Both the position numbers and the translations under genes were made by a program. This document shows positions 1 through 16,469 of a stretch of 64,000 nucleotides of DNA, one piece after another. The notes below the pieces were generated by a model that was given only the letters and a program-made list of their open reading frames with translations, searched no databases and had not been told where the DNA came from. This DNA comes from Amoebidium appalachense (lineage: Eukaryota > Protista > Ichthyosporea), in contig CAVNZM010000010.1 in NCBI GenBank assembly GCA_963693365.1, forward strand, positions 2,108,001 through 2,172,000, read 5' to 3'. Positions within the stretch are counted from its first letter, which is position 1. Each line of letters opens with the position of its first letter.

Positions 1-50
1 GGTTGTTGGGCGAGTAGGATAAATTTTGCATTCTCACTCCGTTCCTCCCC

Positions 51-83
<33 letters not shown>

Positions 84-92
84 TGTGTACAG

Positions 93-358
93 AAATGTAT
101 CGATGTATTGGACAGATGCCAGCAAGTCAAAGACCTACTCAGGGAGAGATATACCAAAAAACTATCTCGTCCACCCACCCCTACCGCCCCCGTCACAACA
201 ACAGGCCTAGGCAGGGAGGAAGATGATCTAGAGGCACGGTTGGCTAGATTAGGGGTATGCGACCTTTTCTTCTTCTTTTTTTTCTCTTTTTTTTTCGTGT
301 ATCGGATGTTTTTTTTCGTTTTGGTTTGTTTTTCTCTTCTTGGGCGGAGAGGGGGAGG

Positions 359-392
<34 letters not shown>

Positions 393-1361
393 AAGTAACT
401 GACATATGTGATATAGTACATGTGCCGGCCTGTTCGTGTTTGTTTTGAAGAGAAAAAAGGAGAGTGAGAGAGAGAGGGAGGGAGAGAGAAAGCGCTATCG
501 TTTCAGCACAAAGACTACGTTTCACTGAATGTTCCCCCGTATGGTCGGAATTGCAGATAGCTGCCCCACCCAGCCCCCCTCCTTTGAGCCCCCTCCCCCG
601 CCAGTAGACCGGACCAGAAAACCGACCACCATACCTTCTATTGCACCGGCCGTGGCCCCGGCAGCCGACCTGTGGGGTAAGCGTTTTATGGTATTTTGGT
701 GTGAGGTCGTCCTAACGAGTTAGAGTGGTTTTTACTTCGTTTATTTGTTTTTTTTTGTAGTGCTTTGTAGTGGTTGTTACTTCATTTTTTTGTTTTTTTG
801 GATGGTTTTTACTTCATTCATTTGTTTTTTGTAGTGGTTTTTTACTTCATTTAATTTTTTTTTTTTTTGTAGTGGTTATTACTTCATTTATTTGTTTTTT
901 GTGCTGTTTTCACTTTGTTTTTTGTTTATATCATAGTGGTTTTTACTGCTTGTTTTTTTTTTTTTTTTTTCTTTTTTTTGCCCCTTCTGTGTTTCGGCTT
1001 GTGACCGAAGCAGGGCTGGGTAGTACGAAATTATCGGGAACAGCGATAGACACCGGGGGCAAAAGGGGAGGGGGGGGGGGGGGAAGATACTGGTCTAACC
1101 GTTGCTCAGGAATGGGAATGTCAGGCTGACACATAGGGGGAAGGGGGAGGGGAGGGGGGGGGGGGGGGGGGGGGTTCTAAAGTGTGTTTTTTCACCAACA
1201 CACACCGGTTATTTATGTTGGAATTGCAAGTCACAGCTGTGGGCAGGAAAGGGGGGGGGGGGGGGGAGAGGGGGGGTCTTAACGAGCCTTTTGGTCAGCA
1301 CACTTACTGTAGAGAATTATATTTTGATTGCAATCACATTTGCTGCCCACGGGGAGAGGAA

Positions 1362-1409
<48 letters not shown>

Positions 1410-1599
1410 ACGAGTGCTGTGGCAAGTCCACTGGAAATTGCATATTACACATGTGATGAATTCTCGTGTTTCAGCTGCAGGCAGGCGGGGGGTTGCCGAG
1501 CAGAGGTGGGGGGGGGGGGGGGGGGGGGGTCTGGCAAGTGTTTCAGCCATTGCACGGGCAGAAAATGATGAATTTTCATTTCAATTTTCACTTCCAATT

Positions 1600-1636
<37 letters not shown>

Positions 1637-2601
1637 CCCCAGGTCTGCGTGATGTTGTTGTGCCCCTTGATATCAGCAGCTGGTTTCTGAGCCTGGCTGC
1701 AACAAACACAACACGAAATTGCGAAACTTGCGGGGTTCTTGCCGGCACACTGGTAAACAACCCCCCCCCCCCCCTCTCCCCCGGGCGCCGCGGCCGAGAC
1801 CATCACTAAATATGCCACAGTTGGAGGATATGACGTTTTCTTGCTTATCAGCTTAGGTTACCTGAATAAATCCCATCCCCCCCCCCCCCCCCCCCCCCCC
1901 CCAAATAAAATGAAACAAACGTATGGAATCGCATGAAAACCACAACACAGCACATGAATATCTAGACTCTTTTTTTATTTTATAAAAAAAAAAAAAATCA
2001 AAAGCTCCACTCCGTCACAAATCGCACACACTCCCTTTGTTTTTGATGCGAATGTAATATATGATCGTTGTCAAGCTCATTATAATTTCTTTAGATTTTA
2101 AACAAACTTAATGGGTTGCTTCAAATTTTAACAATACTTGCGCTGCATCACGGGCGGCTGCAAGTCACGCACCTTGTGATACCCCGCCAGAGCGGCACAC
2201 TATAACGGCCTTTAAAATTTTAGCATTGTCGTACATACGACAGTTAAACACATAATTACTTTAAATTTTAGATTTTTAGCGTTTTATCCTTTTACAGCAC
2301 CACGGGAGACTGCAAGTCACGCACCTTCTGATACCCCGCCAGACCGGCAGCTCTGACAGTTGCGCAGCAACCAATGAGGAGGAGCTTTTTTTATACCAGG
2401 ATGCCCATAACCTGTTGACCCTGGGCTGGATACACGTATGTCTACCCCCCCCTCCCCCTTCTGCCGGCCCCACCCTCGCACGGTCTCTTACTACCATTTT
2501 TGTTTCCCTCCTCCCTCCCTCGGTCCCCCCTGTCTCTCTCTTCCTCCGACCTCCGTCCCCCCCCCCCCCCCCCTCCCCCCCCTCCCCCCAATCCCCTACG
2601 T

Positions 2602-2655
<54 letters not shown>

Positions 2656-3087
2656 TCTCTCTCCCTCCCTCTCTCCCTCCCTCTCTCTCTCTTCTTCCCC
2701 CCCCCCCCCCACCCTCTCTCTCCCCCTGTCTCCCTCTCCCCCCCCCCCCCTGCCCTCTCTCTCTCCCCCCTCTCTCTCCCTCTCCCCCCCCCCTTTCCCT
2801 CCCTCCCTCCCTCCCTCCCCCCTCTACCTCCCTCACTCCCCCCCCCCTCCCCCTCCCCCTCCCCCCCCCCCCCCCCCCCCCCCCCCCGTAAAACCCCTTC
2901 ACCCCTCCCCTCTTCACCTACCCCATACCCCTCCCCCTTTGCGCTCGTTCTTTCCCTTAGTGGTCGGGTGGTTGGTGGTGGAGAGAGAAAGGGTGGGTGT
3001 TGAACCGGGGGAGAAACGTGTTGAATGGAGAAGGTCGGGTGTTTCTGATGGTTTTCCGTTGGCATTTCGTGCATATTCAGACTCCAA

Positions 3088-3121
<34 letters not shown>

Positions 3122-3208
3122 TTGGCCGCCACCGCCGCATACCCTTCTGTGTGTTTTGCAAACTCTCTACATTGTGTTGTCCGTCGTGCATGTGTACAAA
3201 GTACTCTG

Positions 3209-3246
<38 letters not shown>

Positions 3247-3564
3247 TGCCCCCATGCATCGTGTTATCCGTTGTCCATGTGTACTTCGTACTTTATGACA
3301 CATTCAACCCTCCCCCTCCCCCCCCCCCCCCCCCCTCCCCTCCCCCCTTTCCCCGGCTTGGCTTCCTCCTCTTATCCACCCCCTGACCTCCCCCCTTCCC
3401 CCCTCCTCCCCCCCCCCCCCCCCCCCCCCCCCCTCACCCCCTTTGCAGACACACCCGAGCCAGACGTGTTTCCTCTCGTCTGTGGACCTGCACAACCACT
3501 GTGCCTACCAGCTGATGCTGCCTGAGGCAATAGCAATAGTGTGCTCACCAAAGACGGACAGGTG

Positions 3565-3633
<69 letters not shown>

Positions 3634-3774
3634 TGTTCGGTGTTTTGTTTCACGCACCCGCAGGTGCGTGCACGTGGGAACCCCACCCACGCACATGACT
3701 GTTGCTGGGGCATGCCGCCATCATGCTGACGTTGCATTCCCAACCACACACACACACACACACGTACACGTACA

Positions 3775-3850
<76 letters not shown>

Positions 3851-4397
3851 CAGGAACGAGACCTATTCTCTCACTGGGTACGGTCTCTCTTTCATCTCCA
3901 AATGCACTAAGTCTGGCTTCCACCCCCACCCCACCGAGCCTGTCCTGTACGAGGTAATCCCCTTGAATATCGCCAACCCCCCCCCCCCCCAAAAAAAAAA
4001 AACCCCCCCAACCCCGAAACCCCCCACCCCCTTACGCTCCCACACAAATCCACACACACATCCAGTCCTCTGCGCCTCTCACCTTTTATCCAAACCCCCC
4101 CCCCTCCCCCCCCTCCCCCTCCTCCCTCCCCCCTCCCCCCCCCCCCCCCCCCCCCGCGCACGTGTTGATGTCTGGCTATGGGAAGGTGGGGGAGCATGTG
4201 TGCATGAGTGTCAGTGCCAGTGTGTTTGTGTGCGATGGGTCTTTGGGTTGGAAGGCGAGTAGAAATGTACAATTTTCAATAGGGGGATACATTTTAGGGA
4301 GATCTTATATTGACACCTTTATTGGTCACAGGCGAATCCGGCACACGTCAAATACGACAACGTGCCACTGGAAGTGGTGGATATGCGTGTTGGATAA
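93..4397 (+). CDS. STAMBP: AMSH/STAM-binding protein (JAMM/MPN+ K63 deubiquitinase), 5'-partial, spliced
   Basis: GT-AG exons 93-254, 557-676, 1643-1752, 2298-2435, 3449-3561, 3854-3953, 4332-4397. They give ...[118 protein letters not shown]...GFHPH...[18 protein letters not shown]. The JAMM motif E..HTH..S..D and the GFHPH motif are intact. The phase between the first two exons does not match (0 vs 1), so that junction is uncertain. Confidence 0.95.
722..975. repeat. Degenerate minisatellite of about 30 bp (TAGTGGTTTTTACTTCATTTATTTGTTTTTTG), about 7 copies
   Basis: Directly visible just after the AMSH donor at 677. Confidence 0.8.
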
Positions 4398-5127
4398 CCG
4401 GCGCAATTGCGAGGGGGTTTTTACTGTGCCTCTGCCCCATAACTAATAAGTATGAGCGAAAAATCGATTTTAAGGATAGATGGAGCAAATAGAGAATCCG
4501 GTTGCAGCTTCTGTTGACGAGATAATCTGCTAAAATACCAATATTCGCGGAATTTGATGCCTGTGTTTTCATAATAGTGGTTTGAGTAGTTGAAGATTGA
4601 TCCTGACGTGTAGTGTGCAGGTGGCTGTACTATAGGAATGGTAGAATTAATGTAGGTCTTGGATATCTAGAGCTTTCCGGGCATCCTCTAAGCATATAAC
4701 GTCAGTTCTGATGTTGGATATGTATCAATATATCTGATAATGGCATATTGTGATGGCATGTGTGTACATAAATTCAGACATATAGCCTGCCTGATGTTTT
4801 TTTTTTTGTATCAGTTCAGAGCTACCATTTCCTCCCATCCTGTTTAAGATTGTTATACTTGAATGCGTATAGATAAGTAGGGTCCCTGGTTTCACTGAGA
4901 GTGAACATGTGGGTTAAAAATGAACTGCCTTGCGTAGTGCAGCCCATAGAATGGTCTTACTCAATAACTTAGTAGCATGTGCATGCATATATATGCATGT
5001 TACTGGATGATTGCATGCGCAGACCGGTTCACACGTGCATCTGAGAGCAGCAATGCCGCTATGTTAGCCATATAAGGAAATTCAAAAAAACCGTTTTTAC
5101 GAAAGGGGGCCCTACGTGACCCTCCCT

Positions 5128-5182
<55 letters not shown>

Positions 5183-6026
5183 ACCCACCGCCACTACTTC
5201 CCTCCCCTGCATGCTTAAAGAAAACGAACTGAAATGTGCACACACATGTACATGCGTACACGCATGTACATGCACACGCATCACACACACGAATGTGCAT
5301 GTGTTTTACGAACAGACTCGTTACGTACTGCAGCATGCAAGGTGTGACTAATATTAGTTAACTTGGCACACGAAAAGTATACCTAAAACCAACACTGACA
5401 TGCATGCATCCACATTGCGCCCACAAAAGATCGCATATTCTGATGATCTATCATAAAATTTCGTTTCATTTTATTTTGGCGTCACCCCCTCACCAGTAGC
5501 ACGCAAGCACAGTAACCACGAATTTCCTCATGTGTCTCATGCGCACATATCCAATATATCCCTATCGTATTTACACATAACATAGCTTGGGATTGAGCCC
5601 TGATTTGGAAATGTTTTCATGTTGTGCAAGCAGGTGGTCATATACTATCAATCCTGGGTAAATGAATGATACCTTTAAGGTCATAACATACATGTTCGAA
5701 AGGTGTAGAAGTCCATGCGCGAATACCGCATCCACATATATTTGCTGTCGGAACAATGAGGTATAGTCTATTTTTTCTTTTTGGTTCTATTATTAGGCCC
5801 CACCAACGAGCCAAAACTACGTGCAGCGTATCTCTATTTTGATAACATGTAACCTCCCCCCCCCCCCCCCCCCCCCCCCCTGGCCCTCTCTCTCCCTCTC
5901 CAGTCATATTTCCTTCTCCAGCACACTACAGAATATGCCTCCTCTCACATCACCCACCAAGCCATACACGAAAAGACCAAAACACCATTCGGGTCAAGAG
6001 CATGCTCTCCTTCGGGCCGAATCGGG

Positions 6027-11026
<5,000 letters not shown>

Positions 11027-11955
11027 GGTCACTAAAGAGCCGCCCGCTCTTTCTTGACGAGAAAGTAAAGATGAAACTTCCCACAACTATGCGTTCTACG
11101 ATAAGACAAAAAACACTGCAGCGTTAAAAAAAGTTTTCTCCCAGGTGCCTCGGGTCAGACGGTGGGAACAGCTAGATTTCAATGAAAACACGTTGAAAGT
11201 TACTAGGTTGTAACCAATGAGTGGGTTTGCCTTCGTGGTTGGGTCAAAGTTATAGCCCTCAATGTGTAGAAAAGATCCAAAAATCTTTGTGTTGGGGTCG
11301 GTGCCTCTGGTGGCAAAAAAGAACTGAACCCCCCTTCAAGCACCTAAAAAAAAAAGAAGAAGAAGAAGAGCAATAGGGGATACATTGAACTTCTGGCTCC
11401 TGATAAATATTCTAGTCAGAAAAAAATTCTAACGTGCATTTATAGAAGTCGCCTTGCATCACTAGTGCGCACCGTTAGCTAAGGTGAGTAACTCGACTGA
11501 AAAGTGAAACTTTGGCAGCGTGACAACGCTGAGCTGGAGGACTCTTTAAAACCAGAACACCAATCAAATTGCGCGTAATAACACCCAATATGGCTTATCG
11601 GGTTGCCATCATCCGTGTCCAATCACGCTCCTCCAATCACAAGCGATCTTTTTTTTCTGTGGAATCCAAGGAATTAATTTTTCAAAAACCGTTTTTCGAA
11701 GTTTGTCAACTTGACACACTCGGCCAACTTTCCTCAGTTGACAAGGTAATTATAGTAACCGTCCGACTTTTTGTGAGGATAGCTTTTGTTATACATATAG
11801 TATAGAGCTCTAAAGACAACGTAGAAAGGGGTTACCCACGGAAGAGCGACCAGGGTGAAAGCTTTCACCCCTATTCGGTCGTGGATGCTGAGTTTCTTGA
11901 CAACCAGATCTAAAAGCAATCAACCTGAGCTTGACAACGGACAAAAACCAGAACA
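11027..11955. promoter_or_regulatory. Divergent (bidirectional) promoter region, TMEM9-like / GILT-like
   Basis: Microsatellite-poor 930 bp between head-to-head ATGs; CCAAT at 11214, 11560, 11585, 11619, 11633. Confidence 0.6.
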
Positions 11956-12662
11956 ATGATCCAGAAAAGTGTACTGGGGCACATGTCCCCACGCCTTTTA
12001 CTAATACCCATTCTCCTTCTGGGTTTTCTTGTCATCTGGAAGAGCCTCGGCCAGAATAGGTGGGTGACACGTTGCACGATGCTTGTACTGTACTGTACGC
12101 CAGTCGAGCCTTCATCGAGCAGACTTTCCCCCTTTGCATTCCCCCCAGCATGAAAAAAACAGGACACACACACACACACACACATAAACAGACACACAGA
12201 CACAAAGAAACACGCACGCGCGCGCACAACCATCCACCAACCCACCCACCCACCCACACCCACCCACACCCACACCCACACCCACACCCCCCCACACACG
12301 CAGACACACATCTCAAATCCCTACTGGTAACTAGACCTTTTTTCAAGCGCGCATGACTCGCTTGGGCATCTGATTTCAAGTTCTACCCTCCATTTCCGAT
12401 ATCAGAGTGTGTCACCTTCTTTGTTTCATGGTGCATCCCACAACTTTGCAAGGGATGGTGCTGGATCTAACACGTTCCCACCCGTTAGCCCTGGCGCTAT
12501 CGTGGAACAAGACATAGGGCACGAGCCACACTCACCACCCATGCCCCCTGCTGTCGAGTCGATACCGGTGCGAATGCATGTTATGTCCAAATGCCCAGGT
12601 ATGACGAAGTTCCCCCCCCCCCCCCCCCCTTTTTTTGGGGGGGGGGGGGGGAGGATGGGGGT

Positions 12663-12696
<34 letters not shown>

Positions 12697-12920
12697 GGAG
12701 GCAGGCGGGAAGACAGAGGGGGAAATACATACTTTTTGGAAAAGAGATGGTGGACGTGGGCATGAACAATGGTAAATCTGTTATGGGGGTTGGTCCCGCC
12801 AAAAAGACAGATTGGTATGTGTTTTGCTAGGTGTTCCAGTCGATTACCATTGGCTTTTTTTTTTCTTCCGTGTGTGTTTGAGTCTGTGTGGATGGTGGTG
12901 GTGGTGGTGGTGGTGGTGGT

Positions 12921-12956
<36 letters not shown>

Positions 12957-13329
12957 GGGGGGGGGGCGGGGGGAGTAGGAGAGCACCTCCACACGTTTTG
13001 GAGACGTGCACTCAATTGGTTATCACCTAGAGACACATTCCAATTGAGCAGAGACGTTTCCGATGTGTCGTGGAGTATATTTCGTGACGATCTATGCATT
13101 GACTGTCTGGTTTTGGGGGTCACAGATGCAGTCAAGTGTGAGGCAGTGATGAGTGAGGTGAAGAAGATTCTGGGCCCGGCCGTTACACTTGACCTGCAGT
13201 ATATTTTGCGCAACGGGAACTGCCCCCATGGAGAGCAGGAGGTGGGTGGAATGTGTGGGTGTGGACGTGGAGATGTGGATGTGGATGTGGGGAGAGGGGT
13301 GGGTGGGGGCCGAGGGAAAAGGTGCTAAG

Positions 13330-13367
<38 letters not shown>

Positions 13368-13451
13368 TTTTTGTTTTGATGAAAGGGTGTGAGTGTCGGT
13401 GTGGGAGGTCTTTGCGTGGAGGGGGGGGGGGGGGGGGGGGGGGCATGTTTA

Positions 13452-13508
<57 letters not shown>

Positions 13509-13532
13509 GTGTGTCTGTGTGTGTGTCTGTGT

Positions 13533-13564
<32 letters not shown>

Positions 13565-13847
13565 GGGGGGGGGGGGGTGCTGGTAGAGGGGCAGGAGGGG
13601 GGGGGGGGGGAGGGGGGCTGTATTTGTGCATGTGTGGGGTGAGAAGCAGGTGGGGGGGGGGGGGGGGGGGGGGGGGGGATGGATTGGGGGCCTGTTCGTG
13701 GGATGTATGCCTTTAGGTGGTTCGATTGATATTGAGCATTTCTTGCGTGCACACATCCACACACATTCGACATACACATGTGCACGTGGGTATGGGCATG
13801 CACACACAGAGATGCACACACACACACACACATACACGCACACACAA

Positions 13848-13913
<66 letters not shown>

Positions 13914-14612
13914 GTGAGGGTAATTACCAGCAACTGTGTGCAAAGAAGGTGGGGACCTATGATCAGTGGTGGTCATTCGTTCAGTGCCAGAGTGAGTTGC
14001 CCTCCCTCCCTCCCCCCCCCTCCCCCCCCCCCCCATCCCCCCACCCCGAGCCCGCGCCGTGTTCTACTTACTGCTTCACTTAAACCCCCGGCCATTCCCA
14101 CTGCCCTTGCCTGTTGCCTGCTCGCGTAACTTACCCTGGTCGCCTCTGATTAAGACGGGTGACCCGCCCATGTTCAAGTGAAGCAGTATCAGAGTTGGGT
14201 TTCGTTGACGAGGGGAATGGGTCGAAACTCGGGTACTGTGGATGACGTGGGCCCCCCCTGATTATGGGCTCTGCTTATTATGCATACCCTTTATTTGTGT
14301 TTGCACTCTGCATCGTGTTGTCCGTTGTTCTTGTGTACTTCGTGCTTTACGCCGCATTCATCCCCCCCCCCCCCCCCCCCCCCCCCCCTTCTCCTCCCCC
14401 TCTTGCGCAGTCTGTTTCCTTTTATGTGTGCTCTTTGGGGGTGCACCTGTTTGGCATAATCTGTCATGTGTTGGGCCTATGTGAACATCCCCTTTTCTCG
14501 TCTCTGGATGACTGGGGTATCCCCAGTCTGTACTTTTTTCTGAACACGTCAGCGTTTTTCCATCTGCTTTGTTTTTTCGCATTGATCTCCTTAGTCCATA
14601 CTGTGAAACAAA

Positions 14613-14645
<33 letters not shown>

Positions 14646-15717
14646 AACCCCACCCCACCCCACCCATCCCCCCCCCCCCCCCCCCCCAAAAAAAAAAAAA
14701 AAAAAAAAAATGAAACATGAAACATGAAAAAAATCCAACCATTAACACCCTCCCACCACCCATTGTTTGTAATAGGTTTCTTCTAGGAATTCAGCCCGCC
14801 AGTGAATTAGGGTTTGTACCTGGAGAGATGCTCATTAAACAGCATTTTGGCCTGAACTGTAAAGGCCTATAATTCGGCCTAAACAAAACCCCCTTCTAAT
14901 GCATACTATGTGTGGCGTGCAATCTCCATTGTGTTGTTTGTCGTGATGTGTACTTCCTACTCTGTAACACATCCTAACCCCCCCCCCCCCCCCCCCCCCG
15001 CTCTTCCCCTTCCCCTCCCCCTTTCCACACACACACTCCCCCCTTTCCCCCCCTCTTCCCCTTCCCCTCCCCCCTTCCACACACGACACTCCCCCCGCTT
15101 ACTGCTGCAACTTTAACCCCCGGCCTTTCCCACTGCCCTTGCCTGCATAAGCAACCCTGCTCGTCTCTGATCAAGACGGGTGACCTACTCATGTTCAAGT
15201 GAAACAGTATCTGAGTTGGGTTTCGTTAACGAGGGGAATAGGTCGAAACTCGGGTACTGTGGATGACGTGGGCCCCCCCTGAGGATGGGCTCTGCTTATT
15301 ATGCATACTCTTTATGTATGGCTTGCATTCTGCATCGTGTTATCCGTTTGTTCTTGTGTACTTCGTGCTTTTTGACGCATTCAAACCCCCCCATAAGCAA
15401 CCCTGCTCGTCTTTGATCAAGACGGGTTGACCCACCCAAGTTCAGTTGATGCTGCTGTCTGAGTTGGAGCGTCGTATATACGCGGGCTAAGGGGTCGAAA
15501 CTCAGACGCAATTGATGACTTGGGCCCTCCCTGAGGATGGGCTCTGCTTATGACGCATACTGTGCGCATGGCTGATGCTGCATACTTGAATGTTTGCCTT
15601 TGCATGTGTCCTGCATCATGCTTCTCATCGTCTATGCGTACTTCGTACTGTGTTCCGCATTCAAACCCCCCCCCCCCCCCCCCCCCCCCCAACAACAACA
15701 ACAACAACAACAACTAC

Positions 15718-15756
<39 letters not shown>

Positions 15757-15777
15757 CGAAAACTCAAACAATCCCTT

Positions 15778-15839
<62 letters not shown>

Positions 15840-15868
15840 ACACACACACAAAAAAAAACCCAACCGCC

Positions 15869-15903
<35 letters not shown>

Positions 15904-15962
15904 CCCCCGCCCCTCAAACACACACACACACACACGCACTCACACACAAGCACACGAACGCG

Positions 15963-16003
<41 letters not shown>

Positions 16004-16432
16004 GCAGATGCCAACTGGGGCATGGGCATACCGGGCAATATGGGCGAGTGTGCAAACTCGGCCAAAATCGACCAGACGGCACTGAAGCAGTGTGCATGCA
16101 GTGAGGAGGCAAAGACTATGCTCAAGGACTCGGCAGAATACTCGGAGAGTGCAGGCGCACTGTAAGTGTGTTTGTGTGTGTGTATGTGTTTGTGTGTGTG
16201 CGTGTTTGTCTCTCTCTCTCTGTGTGTGTGTGTGTGTGTGTTTGTGTTTGTGTGTGTGTTTTTGTCTCTCTCTCTGTGTGTGTGTGTGTGTGTGGAGGGG
16301 GGAGGGAGGGGGGGCGGGGGGGAAGGGGGAAATGGGGAGGGAGGGAGAGGAGGGTGGAGACTATAATCAAGGATTCGGCGGAATATTCGGATAGTGCAGG
16401 CACGTTGCAAGTGTAAATGTTTGTGTGTATAT

Positions 16433-16469
<37 letters not shown>

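Noticed and set aside
15484-15495. GGCTAAGGG resembling an HDV ribozyme J4/2 strand
   Set aside because: Not conserved in subfamilies B and C, and no HDV P1/P3 nested pseudoknot could be built.
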